A stretch of DNA of 62,793 bases, filler included, from Planctomycetota bacterium (GCA_026991575.1; 5 parts of 5 records of this genome joined end to end with filler, not necessarily neighbours in it), one strand, 5' to 3'. Shown: positions 13,233 through 23,580, counted from the whole stretch's first letter. The notes: generated by a model from the sequence alone, not told the origin. Made by a program: numbers and translations.

Positions 13233-13265
13233 AGACGGGCCTCCCGTCCGGGAGGCCCGTCTTTC
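13233..13265 (+). terminator. Intrinsic terminator-like hairpin after the secretin gene
   Basis: AGACGGGCCTCCCG-TC-CGGGAGGCCCGTCT inverted repeat followed by only TTC (weak U tract). Confidence 0.7.
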
Positions 13266-13505
13266 ATGCGCACCGGAGCAGGTCAGCTGTTACCTGGCGG
13301 TCGCTACCGCTGGCTGTCTTCACTGCCCCCTGATCTGGACCGGGCGGCCGTGCCCACCAGGCCCAGCCTTGCCGTGGGACACACCCTCAGCTCTGCTCAC
13401 TCTGCCGGCCACAGCACCGATCCTCCGCAGAACTCGCGCCAGGAACACCGTTGCGATTCCGTTGCTTGATTCCGCCGCGTTTCGCTCAAACACACCCCGC
13501 GGGCA

Positions 13506-13910
13506 CTAGCCACCTACGAGCGGCACCAACTTGATGAAGGTGATCTGGGTACGCGAATTCACCACGAACTCTTCATCCAGCGACGTGGCCTGTTTGTCGT
13601 CAACGAGGATCAAAAACAGGTTCCGGGAGAAGGCCTCCAGCGCTTTCTCGTACTGTTCCTTCCAATCGATCTCCCGGCGTCGTTCAAAGCGATACGCTAG
13701 CCTGTTGCCATTGATGATGCGCTCGGTGTCCGTGGGTTGCACCAGGCCACGGAAGACGTTGCCTCGGCCAAGGTTAAAGTCCTTTACCTCCTGGTAGACG
13801 CGCTCACGGATAAGTTCCCGAACCGTAATCCGCTCGGACGGCAGTTCGAGCGGCATCTCGTAAACATCGCCCGCCGTCGTTTCGTCTCGAACAGTCAACG
13901 TTACGCTCAT
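13506..13910 (-). CDS. Small protein ending in di-glycine; putative ubiquitin-like (beta-grasp) protein
   Basis: 134 aa. N-terminal beta-strands and ITVRELI helix, C-terminal LILVDDKQ...LDEEFVVN...ITFIKLVPLVGG resembling MoaD/ThiS/Ubl termini. Lies 47 nt downstream of the DUF4132 gene on the same strand. Confidence 0.7.
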   Translation of the reverse strand: MSVTLTVRDETTAGDVYEMPLELPSERITVRELIRERVYQEVKDFNLGRGNVFRGLVQPTDTERIINGNRLAYRFERRREIDWKEQYEKALEAFSRNLFLILVDDKQATSLDEEFVVNSRTQITFIKLVPLVGG

Positions 13911-13957
13911 GGAACCGCTCCCGGCGCAAGATGCGCTCCTGGCGTGTCAACGGACCG

Positions 13958-16900
13958 CTATTTCCCTTCGATCTGGCGGAGGATGGTTCGGTCCGTGATC
14001 TTCGAATCTTCGGCGAGGAGCAATGCCTTGCTGATGATGAGAGACAGCATGATATCGCCCTCAAACGGCAAGAACAGATTGCTCAGCCCCAGTTGGCCGC
14101 GCGGGTCGGGCACGATACAGAGATACTGATCGTTGGGTTCCATGAGAATGTTACCCGAACCGAGGTGGATCTTGTACGTCCTTTTCTGGCCACGGACGAC
14201 GAGGAACCGGTCGGTGAACGAGCACCGATCGGCGATTTTCAGACGTGGAACAAGGCGTTGCAGGACCTCCTTACGTGTCGCGGCCGTCTCGGACAGTTCG
14301 CCAAACGCGTATCCGTGCCAGTAGTCCCGGAACCGGGCCTCGGGACCGCCGTCCTGCCAGGTCGGGTCGTTGCCGATGGAGGCGACCCCGACAAACAAAT
14401 CGACGTCCCGCATGACCTCCGAGAACACGAGTGGTGGGATCTGCTCCAGAGGTAAAGGCTCATTCACGGCGTCCTGACCAGGTCCCCCCGCTGCGCTGAT
14501 ATATCGCCCGCCGGGCTCGACCGTGTTCTGAGCACCCTGGATCCGATAGAAGCGGACCTGGTCGGTCGACAGCAGCCAGAAGACCCCCGCTTCGTTCGTA
14601 TCCCGGCCGTAATTCTCTCCGATCCCGTAGACCCAGTACTCGGCACGGATTCCCCACGCTGGCAGCTCTTTGGTGGCCGGCGGGGATTCCCCGTCCACCA
14701 GGAGTTGCAGGCTGTATTTCCAGCCCCGGGCCGCGGCAAGCGCGCTGAACTGGTGCTGACGGACCACGTGTGCCGCAAAGCGATTCGAGTACACGCGTGT
14801 TCTCCGCTCCGCGTCGGTCAGCAGGTAGATTTCCCGGTGAGCTTGCTTGAATGGCTGTGTGATGCCAAGTTCCTCAAGACGGTCTCTCCATGCCACGATC
14901 TCATCGACCGTGCGGCCAATAGGGTGCCAGAGCGTAACTTCGGCGTTCTTGCCGACACGTACTGGCTTGCCGTCGATGTCCCTCGGGACGCCGTCGGCTG
15001 GCAACACGGGCACTCCGTCAATGCACCAGATCAGACGACGGGCGATCGTGCCGACTAGCGGATGATCCAGGTACCGCTCGCGCCACTGTTCGAATGGCCA
15101 TGACCTGCGCGCAAGGAAAAGCGATTCAATACGGTTACGCTGGGCAACCAGCGAGCTCTTGATGTCCTTGAGCGTACGTTTCAGCTCGCCAACCTCGTCC
15201 TTGTATTCCTTCCGTACCTTTGCCGGCGTGGACTTCAGAGCCTTCCCCTTGGGATCGAACCACGTCAGTTTCGCGTCCGAGCCGGTCACGATCAATTCAG
15301 CGCGATAACCGCCGACGTCCTCGCTTCGCTTGCCGACCTCCTGTAAACCAAACGTAGGAACTGCCAGCTCTTCGACCTCGTCGCTGGGTACGTCCAGGGC
15401 CTCAGCGACCGAACGGAACGCCTTGGCGACTTCCTTTTGGGCTGTACCAAACTTGACTCGCGTCTTCAGAATGGCGAGCTGTCCCACGGCCTCAGGCGAT
15501 CTCATGTTGGAGAGCGCGTAAACGGCGGCGTTGCCAACTTTGACTGCCCGCGGTCCGACGCCGGGTACTTTCTTGTATGCGCTCATCGCTAGGGACGAGA
15601 TCACGCGGGCGAGCGATTCAGGCCGAGGTAGGGTCTGCGTCAGCCAAAGCAGTCCTCGCAAGCACGTTGCATTGCCATCGTTCATCGTTCCGATGGTGCC
15701 GGGCTCCTCGCCGCGATCCCTGTCCAGCCTGGAGAACGATCGACCGGCTGGTACGAGCGAGAACCAGCGCTCGAGCCTTTCCCGCACTAGGTCCGGGCCA
15801 ATCGCCTGCACGTGCTCCTGGGCTGTGTCTAGCCATTTCTTAGACGGACGTGCGGACCTCGCGGTCAAACAATGTGCTAGCAGCTCGGCCCACAACCTTC
15901 GCTGTCCAGCATCCATGGCTGCCAGGTCCTCATTGACTGCCTCGGCCCACACCTCACCCGGAGCCAGGAAGAGCATCGGTCGATCTCCAATCAACCGCGT
16001 CAACTGGGCAACTTCGGCGCTGACCGTACCGAGGGGCGGACCTGGAATCAGCGACGTGCGAAGGAGATGCAACACAAACCGTTCCCCTTCGGTTAGCGGC
16101 TTGTCCTTAGCGTGCTCTTTGACCGCCGAAATCGACTCGTCGATCAGACCCTGATATCTCACCTGCCATGTCTCATCAATAGCTGCCAGGAACAACAGGA
16201 GGTCGAACGTTCCGTCACGTGGCAGGACCATAGGTTGCTTCAGCAGAAGCCGGAGTAATGTGCCGACAACCCTTCTGGCCAGATACATGCGCTCGTCGTC
16301 GCGCGGTGCGCATAACTCCAGGTGAACGTAGCGCTCGGCAGTGGCGAGAGCAGCCAGCGCCCTGCCGCCATGGTCCTGGTTTAGGAGAACTCGTCCTGTG
16401 GGGAACTCCTCCGGGTCCGGATCGCCGTATGGTGGCTGCCCTGATGCCGCAACCTCACCCAGCAACTTGCTCAATAAGCGGTGCTGTGCGACCAATGGGG
16501 AATCCTGAACGAGAGGAAACTGGTCGGTTTCGAGAGTCTCAGCGACGCGGATCTCGGTGGCGGACAACATGCCATAGCGTTGCTTTAGCAGGTGGAAAAC
16601 GCCGGTCATGCCCGCCGGCGCGGGTCGTGGCGGTGGTTGTGTCGCGATCCGTTCGGTCTCGGCGTCCGCATCACTCTTGTAACCACACAATCGCTCCACT
16701 CGTGCAGCCAGCCGATTTGCGTCCCTATCGATGGGTGTAGCTCGCAGGAGGGTAGCCAATCGGCGCATCGCCGCTCGTAGGTCGTCGCCTGGTGGCCTGC
16801 CAGATAGGCATTGTTCTACCGTCCGTACGAGCGATACGACCGGATAGTTGTAACTGTCCACGTACGTGGTGTCCTTGCACCAGCCTAAAAGCACGAGCAA

Positions 16901-17290
16901 GTCCTTCTCGTCGAAAGGCAGTTTCCGTCGAAGCAAGGCGCGGAGTGCCACCTCCACCGCACGCCGCCTGCACCAGATTGCTCCCCAACCAGGCGAGTGG
17001 TAGTGGATTCCGTCACCCACCTGCGCGCGAAACTCGGCTACTTTCGACAGCCAGTGCTGGAACTGAATTGCTGCCGCAAGCGCATAACGGCGTGCCTGAT
17101 TGCGCGTAGCCTGCAGTAACTTCCTTCCACTGGGGCACTCCTTCAGTAAACTCGGCTCGCAGTCGCAAGCTCGCTCTTCGCCCACTAGCGCCACCGCTTC
17201 TTCGATCCAGCGCACCAAAGTCCGGTGCTCCTCGGCCAGCGGGTCATCGGGCGAAACGTGCATGTGCTCGGGTGGAACTGGTCTTGCCAT
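13958..17290 (-). CDS. DUF4132 domain-containing protein (YehI/MolR-like)
   Basis: 1110 aa. Contains W...YLDHPLVGTIARRLIW, VTLWHP, QPFKQAHREIY, VFSEVMRDVDLFVGVASIGNDPTW and YKIHLGSGNILMEPNDQYLCIVP, typical of DUF4132 proteins. Confidence 0.85.
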   Translation of the reverse strand: MARPVPPEHMHVSPDDPLAEEHRTLVRWIEEAVALVGEERACDCEPSLLKECPSGRKLLQATRNQARRYALAAAIQFQHWLSKVAEFRAQVGDGIHYHSPGWGAIWCRRRAVEVALRALLRRKLPFDEKDLLVLLGWCKDTTYVDSYNYPVVSLVRTVEQCLSGRPPGDDLRAAMRRLATLLRATPIDRDANRLAARVERLCGYKSDADAETERIATQPPPRPAPAGMTGVFHLLKQRYGMLSATEIRVAETLETDQFPLVQDSPLVAQHRLLSKLLGEVAASGQPPYGDPDPEEFPTGRVLLNQDHGGRALAALATAERYVHLELCAPRDDERMYLARRVVGTLLRLLLKQPMVLPRDGTFDLLLFLAAIDETWQVRYQGLIDESISAVKEHAKDKPLTEGERFVLHLLRTSLIPGPPLGTVSAEVAQLTRLIGDRPMLFLAPGEVWAEAVNEDLAAMDAGQRRLWAELLAHCLTARSARPSKKWLDTAQEHVQAIGPDLVRERLERWFSLVPAGRSFSRLDRDRGEEPGTIGTMNDGNATCLRGLLWLTQTLPRPESLARVISSLAMSAYKKVPGVGPRAVKVGNAAVYALSNMRSPEAVGQLAILKTRVKFGTAQKEVAKAFRSVAEALDVPSDEVEELAVPTFGLQEVGKRSEDVGGYRAELIVTGSDAKLTWFDPKGKALKSTPAKVRKEYKDEVGELKRTLKDIKSSLVAQRNRIESLFLARRSWPFEQWRERYLDHPLVGTIARRLIWCIDGVPVLPADGVPRDIDGKPVRVGKNAEVTLWHPIGRTVDEIVAWRDRLEELGITQPFKQAHREIYLLTDAERRTRVYSNRFAAHVVRQHQFSALAAARGWKYSLQLLVDGESPPATKELPAWGIRAEYWVYGIGENYGRDTNEAGVFWLLSTDQVRFYRIQGAQNTVEPGGRYISAAGGPGQDAVNEPLPLEQIPPLVFSEVMRDVDLFVGVASIGNDPTWQDGGPEARFRDYWHGYAFGELSETAATRKEVLQRLVPRLKIADRCSFTDRFLVVRGQKRTYKIHLGSGNILMEPNDQYLCIVPDPRGQLGLSNLFLPFEGDIMLSLIISKALLLAEDSKITDRTILRQIEGK

Positions 17291-17384
17291 CGTTATCCCC
17301 TTGCAACGTGCCGTTGCCCGGAGAAACTGGTTCGGTGATCCTCGAGCCTCCAGATTTGACCCGACGGGTCAGCATGGCGCGCCC

Positions 17385-17414
17385 AGTCTAGACTTCCGTC
17401 CAAACGGTTGTCAA
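17385..17414 (-). promoter_or_regulatory. Putative sigma70 promoter of the DUF4132-Ubl operon
   Basis: Minus strand reads TTGACA-N18-TAGACT, about 95 nt upstream of the ATG at 17290. Confidence 0.55.
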
Positions 17415-17524
17415 GGAGCAAGCCGGTTGGAGCTGGACACTTCGCGGACGGCAACCAGAGTGGGGTCACCGCCCCTGCACGCTGTGCGCACCCACTGCAG
17501 AAGGCGAATTGCGCGGCACGGCCG

Positions 17525-18880
17525 TCAGCGGTCTGCGGCAGCAGCTTCGCGTCCGGCCCGCTCGCTGTCGCTGGTCCGGCGACGCAAGAACATGCGGATA
17601 GGGACCTCGGGGTAGGGCGAACGCTCACGGAACCCCGACAGCAGGTACCGCTGATAAGTGGCGTCGAACAGCTCCGGATCATTGCAGAACAGGACCAGCG
17701 TGGGTGGTCGCGTCGAGACCTGCGTGCCGTAGTAGATCTTTGGCCGGCGGTTACGCCGAATCGGCGGCGCGTGTGCCTCCAGCAGCTCCTCCAAGATCCG
17801 GTTTACCTGACCGGTGTTCAACCGCTGCCCTGCCTGGTCGTGGAGCTGCCAGGCCATGTCCAACAGTGCCTTGACGTTCTTGCCTGTCTTGGCCGAGATG
17901 AACACGATCGGTACGTATGGCATGTTCCGGAGGTGCGAGCGAATCGCTGAAGCCATCCGCCGCGTGGGCATCGGATGCATGAGGTCCCACTTGTTGACCA
18001 CGAAGATGCAAGGCTTGTATTCGTCGGCAACCTGCGCGGCCAGCCGCTTTTCGACCCGCGTCACGCCTTCGGTTGGATCGAAAAAGATGAAGACCACGTC
18101 CGCCCGACGGATCGATCGCTCTGCGCGCGCGATGCTGTAGAAGTCGACCGGGGTTGCGATCGAGCGGCTGCGCATCACGCCCGCCGTGTCGATCACCAGG
18201 TACTTCCTGCCGTCCAGTTCCACGAGCACGTCGACGGCGTCCCGCGTCGTGCCCGGACGTTCACTGACGATGACCCGCTCGGCCCGAGCAAGGGTGTTGA
18301 CGAAGGTGCTCTTACCCGCGTTCCGCCTGCCAACGACTGCCAGCTTCAGTTCGGGGGACGCGACCGCGTCCTCTTCGGACACGTCCGGTAACCGTTCCAG
18401 GATTGCCTCGATCAGCTCCGCCTTTCCGCGGTTGTGACAGGCGCTGACGCAGACCAGCTTTCCGCGGCCCAGCTTGTAGAACTCAGCCGCCAGGTCGTCG
18501 TGGCCGGGCGTATCGCACTTGTTCGCCGCCAGGACCACGGGCTTGTTCACATAGCGCAATTTCCGGGCGACCATCTCGTCCAGTGGCATGATACCTGTCT
18601 GCACGTCAACTACGAACACGATCAGATCCGCGCTCTCGATCGCCCGGTCGATCTGGCGCTCCACGAGCTGCCCGAGTTGGTCCAGATCGGCGATACCCAT
18701 ACCGCCCGTGTCCACTAGCTCAACCGGCCGCCCTTCGAACTCCACAACCGTGCTCACCCGATCGCGTGTCACGCCCATCATCGGGTCCACGATAGAGATT
18801 CGGCGACCGGCAAGCCAGTTGAAAATCGACGACTTGCCTACATTGGGTCGACCGACAATGACTACCTGCGGTAAAGCCAC
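17525..18880 (-). CDS. der: Ribosome biogenesis GTPase Der (EngA)
   Basis: Two tandem GTPase domains (GRPNVGKS/DTGG/NKCD and GRRNAGKS/DTAG/NKWD) plus a KH-like C-terminus. Confidence 0.97.
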   Translation of the reverse strand: MALPQVVIVGRPNVGKSSIFNWLAGRRISIVDPMMGVTRDRVSTVVEFEGRPVELVDTGGMGIADLDQLGQLVERQIDRAIESADLIVFVVDVQTGIMPLDEMVARKLRYVNKPVVLAANKCDTPGHDDLAAEFYKLGRGKLVCVSACHNRGKAELIEAILERLPDVSEEDAVASPELKLAVVGRRNAGKSTFVNTLARAERVIVSERPGTTRDAVDVLVELDGRKYLVIDTAGVMRSRSIATPVDFYSIARAERSIRRADVVFIFFDPTEGVTRVEKRLAAQVADEYKPCIFVVNKWDLMHPMPTRRMASAIRSHLRNMPYVPIVFISAKTGKNVKALLDMAWQLHDQAGQRLNTGQVNRILEELLEAHAPPIRRNRRPKIYYGTQVSTRPPTLVLFCNDPELFDATYQRYLLSGFRERSPYPEVPIRMFLRRRTSDSERAGREAAAADR

Positions 18881-19233
18881 GGCATCATCCTCTAGTGAGC
18901 GTCCTCCCAGTTGATCCTACGCGGGCCCGTACCGGCGGCGTTTCAACCACAGTCCGTGCGGTTACCGCGCCATACTGGCCATCGCCAACGTCCCGTGCGT
19001 TCGACGCCGACTAGAGAGGATTTGTTCCACGACGACGTTGCCGAAGCGTAGGCCGGCGCCGGGCCCGCGCCGGCCCTGGCAACGCCGCAACCGGGCCGGA
19101 TGCTTTGCTCCGGTGACGATCCCGTCGGCAATGTACCCGGCGGGCGAAGTCGGAAGGCAGATGCCAGGAGATTGTCGCAGCACGCGCGGACCGCTGTGCG
19201 CGGGTGTGTCCCGGTTCGGACCGTAGCAGCCGT

Positions 19234-20250
19234 CTAGGACGAAGGCTCCTCGGTTCGGTCGTCCGCCGTCAGCGGTCGCAGGATAATCAGGACCGGCGTG
19301 CCCACGGGCGGGATCTCTGATTCCTTGGCCACGAACATCAGTTCCACGTTCTTATCGCTGGAACGTCCTGCCACGTCGATGACCGCCGCGGCCATGTTCA
19401 CGACGGTGATCACGTCTCCGCCCTGGGCCAGGTAGTACGGCTCCCCGGTCACCGGGTTCTTCACGAGCTGGCTGCCGGCAAAGACCCAGTCCAGATCGAT
19501 CGGCTTACCCGTCTCCTCGTGCACGATCCATTGCCTGGCCGAAGCCTGGCGAAACCGCTTACCGTCCCACCATTCCAGCTGGATGTCTAGCTTCGTGCCG
19601 CTCGGCGGCTGGAACTCGGGGTCGAACCGAACCGGGTGCCCCGGCTCCGCGCCGGCAGCGAGGAGTGCCGCATGCAGGATCTTCGGATCGATATCAGCAG
19701 CCAGGATGGCTTCGTGTTCTTTGGTGTTCGTCAGGCACAGAAGGTGTTCCAGGTAGCCCCGGCGCAGGACCACGTGGCTTAACACGAGCACCAGCCGCTT
19801 TCCGGGGGCGACCGCCAGCCAGACATTGCGGCCCAATTCGGATAATTTCCCACCTGCCTGACGGATAGCCCGCACGGTGGGCGCCTCTTCCAGTTTCAGC
19901 GTCGGTGGTTCGGTTGGTTCCTCGAGTTGATCCTGCGCGGATGCTGCGGCCGGTGCCGACGCACCGCCGAGTGTGTCGGCAGCGCGACCCGCGTCCACGG
20001 GGCCGGCGGCAGGCTCGGTGGTCGTCTCAGCCGGCTGCGCGGTGCTAGCGGTGGACGGCTCCCTGTCTGACGGGGAGTCGGCGGGAGCTGGCTTGCCCTG
20101 GTCCTGTGGCGAGCTGCTGGTCGGACCCGGCACCGCATCGGAGTTCGTGCCGCCCGAACAGCCAATAAGCAACACGCAAGCCAACATTGTGGCCAGCAGA
20201 CGGCCCAGAACCCCTGCGGTGTGCTTGGGCGGCCAGTGCACGATTCTCAT
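19234..20250 (-). CDS. YdjY-like domain lipoprotein
   Basis: Lipobox LLIGC, a Pro/Ala/Thr-rich linker, then LEHLLC..TKEHEAIL, HAALLAAGAEPG, WVFAGS and IPPVGTPV. Confidence 0.65.
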   Translation of the reverse strand: MRIVHWPPKHTAGVLGRLLATMLACVLLIGCSGGTNSDAVPGPTSSSPQDQGKPAPADSPSDREPSTASTAQPAETTTEPAAGPVDAGRAADTLGGASAPAAASAQDQLEEPTEPPTLKLEEAPTVRAIRQAGGKLSELGRNVWLAVAPGKRLVLVLSHVVLRRGYLEHLLCLTNTKEHEAILAADIDPKILHAALLAAGAEPGHPVRFDPEFQPPSGTKLDIQLEWWDGKRFRQASARQWIVHEETGKPIDLDWVFAGSQLVKNPVTGEPYYLAQGGDVITVVNMAAAVIDVAGRSSDKNVELMFVAKESEIPPVGTPVLIILRPLTADDRTEEPSS

Positions 20251-20518
20251 CGGGGTTACTCCCAGGTCTTTCCCGTTGTGATCGACTCGACGTGCGCGCG
20301 GCTGGTTCCCATGCACTTCCTCACCAGGCCGGGGTGCGACCCCCGGTCCGTTCTCTCAGTGCGGGCCTTTCGAACAGGCAATCGGTTGCGGATGACCGTA
20401 CAAATAATCCTAGACGGGAACGGTGTAGCTGCGGTGCTCTCTGTGGCCGCTCCGGTTTGAGGCCGGTGCCCGCTGCTCGATCCTCGACACTGTGGACCCG
20501 CCCTGGAGAACGGTTCTG

Positions 20519-21424
20519 ATGTCGCTGCTAGTCGTCGGCACAGTCGGAATCGACGTGATCCATACGCCCACGGGCTCAGCACACGATGTACTGGGTGGTT
20601 CGGCGACATACTTTGCATACGTGGGTAGCTTCTTCACGGATGTGCACCTCGTGAGCGTCGTGGGCGAGGATTTCCCGCCGGAGTACCGAGAGCTGCTGGA
20701 ATCCCGGCGGATCGAAATGAGCGGGGTGGAGGTGGTGCCGGGTGGCAAGACCTTTCGTTGGCGCGGCCGGTATGAAGAGGACATGAACCGCCGGGAGACG
20801 TTGGAGGTCCACCTGAACGTGCTCGAGGGCTATCGACCGCGATTGCGCGAGGAACATCGGCGGATACCGTACGTGTTCCTGGCGAACAGTTCGCCGGTGC
20901 TGCAGTTGGAGACGATCGAGCAGTTGGATGCGCCCGAGTTGATCGTCGCCGACACGATGGACCACTGGATCCGGTCCGAACACGATGAGCTGCTCAGGCT
21001 GATGCGTCGCATCGATGGCTTGGTGCTCAACGACCAGGAGGCACAGCTACTGGCCGATGAGAAGAACCTTGTCAAGGCGGCACACAGGATCCAGCAGATG
21101 GGGCCGAAGTTCGTGGTTTTGAAGAAGGGCGAGCATGGAGCGTTGTTCTACGACGGGGACGCGACCTACGTACTGCCCGCGTTCCCGACGACGGACGTAG
21201 TCGATCCCACCGGAGCGGGTGATTCCTTTGCCGGCGGGTTCATGGGATACCTGGCGGCTAACCGGAGCAAGATCACAGCGCATGCCCTGAAGGAAGCGAT
21301 GGCCTACGGCATTGTGGCGGCGAGTTTTACGGTGGAAGGCTTTAGCCTGGAGCGGCTCGTAGAGGTTGATCGGGCGGCGGTAGAGGAGCGCATGGAACGT
21401 TTCCGTCAGATGGTCCGTCTCTAA
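20519..21424 (+). CDS. PfkB-family carbohydrate kinase
   Basis: LGGSATY at the N-terminus and the PfkB signature DPTGAGDSFAGG. ATG at 20519 follows GGAG. Confidence 0.92.
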   Translation: MSLLVVGTVGIDVIHTPTGSAHDVLGGSATYFAYVGSFFTDVHLVSVVGEDFPPEYRELLESRRIEMSGVEVVPGGKTFRWRGRYEEDMNRRETLEVHLNVLEGYRPRLREEHRRIPYVFLANSSPVLQLETIEQLDAPELIVADTMDHWIRSEHDELLRLMRRIDGLVLNDQEAQLLADEKNLVKAAHRIQQMGPKFVVLKKGEHGALFYDGDATYVLPAFPTTDVVDPTGAGDSFAGGFMGYLAANRSKITAHALKEAMAYGIVAASFTVEGFSLERLVEVDRAAVEERMERFRQMVRL

Positions 21425-21570
21425 CATGGAATGGGAATACAAGAGTGGAGATTCCGTGGTCACGGCAGGGGCTGTCTCTGCTCTAGGCTGCGTGACCGGC
21501 CTCGGGTGTCGGCCTTTGGCGATGGCGCTGAAGCGGCAGAGGAAACGGGCTAGCGAGTAGTCACGGAACG

Positions 21571-22224
21571 ATGGCTAAGCGAGTGCGAACGTTCATTGCG
21601 TTGGAACTAACAGGCTCGATCAAGAACCGTGCGGTCCGCATGCAGGGCATGCTGGCTTCGGCCGTGACTGATACGAAGTGGGTTGAGCCGGAGAACCTGC
21701 ACATCACGTTGAAGTTCCTGGGGGAGGTGCCCGAGCAGGAGATCTATCACGTTTGTCGGATTGCTCAGGATGTGGCCCAGCATCATGAACCTTTCGAGTT
21801 GGTGGTGCAGGGGGTGGGGGCGTTCCCGCACGCACGCCGCCCGCGTGTGCTGTGGGCCGGTGTCGAGCAGGGGGCCGAGCCTCTGAGGCGGTTGCAGGCC
21901 GAACTAGAGGAGGCCTACGCTCGAGCGGGCTGGAATCCGGAAGGGCGTCGGTTCCAGCCACATGTGACGCTGGGCCGCGTGCGCCGGCCGCGCACCACGG
22001 AGGGGCTAGAGGCGTTCTTCCAGCAGCATGCGAACTGGAAAGCAGGTCAGATGGAAGTCGACGAACTGGTGATCATGTCCAGCGAGTTAACGCGCCGTGG
22101 TCCGCTGTACGCGGTGCTTGCCCGTGCACCACTGGGCGGCATCGTCCATGGTGCTGGCGATCCGTTGGACGACTGGGTCAGTTTGGCTAAAGAGCCACCG
22201 CCGGACGAGGGCGAAGCGGTGTAG
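21571..22224 (+). CDS. thpR: RNA 2',3'-cyclic phosphodiesterase (2H family)
   Basis: Two HxT motifs (LHITLKFLG, PHVTLGR) and RTFIAL at the N-terminus. Lies upstream of recA. Confidence 0.92.
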   Translation: MAKRVRTFIALELTGSIKNRAVRMQGMLASAVTDTKWVEPENLHITLKFLGEVPEQEIYHVCRIAQDVAQHHEPFELVVQGVGAFPHARRPRVLWAGVEQGAEPLRRLQAELEEAYARAGWNPEGRRFQPHVTLGRVRRPRTTEGLEAFFQQHANWKAGQMEVDELVIMSSELTRRGPLYAVLARAPLGGIVHGAGDPLDDWVSLAKEPPPDEGEAV

Positions 22225-22280
22225 GAGACTGACACCGGGCAGGGGCGGTTGGCAGACGCGTCACGTCCCGAGGCCTCTCA

Positions 22281-22309
22281 TTGATCGGTACTTAGCAGAT
22301 CGCTAGACT
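22281..22309 (+). promoter_or_regulatory. Putative sigma70 promoter of recA
   Basis: TTGATC-N17-TAGACT, 85 nt upstream of the recA ATG. Confidence 0.5.
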
Positions 22310-22393
22310 TCAGTGGGGTTATGGTCTCCGGGCCCGTGGGAAACGGGAGCGGAGACGGTGCGTGAGGCTGGCCATCGGCATTGAGGAGAGAGC

Positions 22394-23503
22394 ATGGCCG
22401 TTCAGGATCGAATCGAGAGCAACCAGGTGCTGCGTTCGACGTTACAGCAGATCGAGCGGGAGTTTGGCAAGGGCGCGATCATGCGCCTCGGGGCAAAACA
22501 GATCGAGCCGATCGAGGGAATCAGCACCGGTTCGCTGGCGCTGGATCTGGCTCTCGGCGGTTTCGGCGTGCCCAGGGGACGGGTGGTTGAGATCTTTGGG
22601 CCCGAATCGAGCGGCAAGACCACGCTTGCTCTGCACGTCATGGCCAGTGCCCAGAAGGCCGGCGGCATTGCCGCGCTGATCGATGCCGAGTACGCGTTTG
22701 ACCGATCCTGGGCCAAACGGTTGGGCGTGGAGTTGGACTCGTTGCTCGTCAGCCAGCCCACGTGCGGTGAGGAAGCGTTGCAGATTTGTGAAATGCTGGT
22801 GAAGTCGAACGCGGTTGATGTGGTCGTCATCGATTCAGTAGCTGCTCTGGTGCCTCGTGCCGAACTGGAAGGCGACATTGGCGACAGTCAGCCCGGCATG
22901 CAGGCACGCTTGATGAGTCAGGCGTTGCGCAAGCTGACCGGCGCGATCTCCCGCTCGAAGACCTGCGTCATTTTCATCAATCAGATCCGCGAGAAGATCG
23001 GCGTCATGTTTGGCAGTCCAGAGCTGACTCCGGGTGGTCGGGCGCTGAAGTTCTACGCCACGTGCCGCATCGATATTCGCCGGGTCCAGTCGATCAAGGA
23101 AGGGGACACGGTGGTGGGCGCGCGGATCCGGGCCAAGGTGGTCAAGAATAAGGTGGCGCCGCCGTTCCGTCAGGCCGAGTTTGACTTAATGTTCGATCGC
23201 GGCATCAGCATCGAGGGGGATGTGCTCGATCTGGGTACGCAGCTGCGCATCATCGACAAGACCGGCTCCTGGTTCAGCTACGGGGACATGCGGCTGGGCC
23301 AGGGGCGCGAGAATGCCAAGCGGTTCCTGCGTGAGAACCCCGACGTGCTGAACCGTCTGGTGGAGGAGATCAAGGCGCGGCATCGCCGGGAACTGGGGCT
23401 GGACGAGCTACAGGAGGGCGCTGACGACCAAGCCGCCGCGACCGCCCAGGCTGCGTCAGCGGAAGTACCCGGCAGCAAGGGCCGGCGCAGGGCAAAGTCG
23501 TGA
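22394..23503 (+). CDS. recA: Recombinase RecA
   Basis: [50 protein letters not shown] and [11 protein letters not shown]. Confidence 0.98.
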   Translation: MAVQDRIESNQVLRSTLQQIEREFGKGAIMRLGAKQIEPIEGISTGSLALDLALGGFGVPRGRVVEIFGPESSGKTTLALHVMASAQKAGGIAALIDAEYAFDRSWAKRLGVELDSLLVSQPTCGEEALQICEMLVKSNAVDVVVIDSVAALVPRAELEGDIGDSQPGMQARLMSQALRKLTGAISRSKTCVIFINQIREKIGVMFGSPELTPGGRALKFYATCRIDIRRVQSIKEGDTVVGARIRAKVVKNKVAPPFRQAEFDLMFDRGISIEGDVLDLGTQLRIIDKTGSWFSYGDMRLGQGRENAKRFLRENPDVLNRLVEEIKARHRRELGLDELQEGADDQAAATAQAASAEVPGSKGRRRAKS

Positions 23504-23580
23504 CCGAGTGCCGGCCTGGTGACAAGCGGGTAGGGACCGTTGCTGCATCTCCGAAGCGCCAGCGCGGAGCGAGCGTAGCG

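Noticed and set aside
18881..19233. Intergenic region between der and the YdjY-like gene, examined for tRNA or ncRNA
   Set aside because: No cloverleaf, T-loop motif or convincing stems seen. I recognised no tRNA or rRNA gene anywhere in the window.
21571..23503. thpR-recA adjacency as a novel RNA/DNA repair module
   Set aside because: This gene order is common in bacteria.
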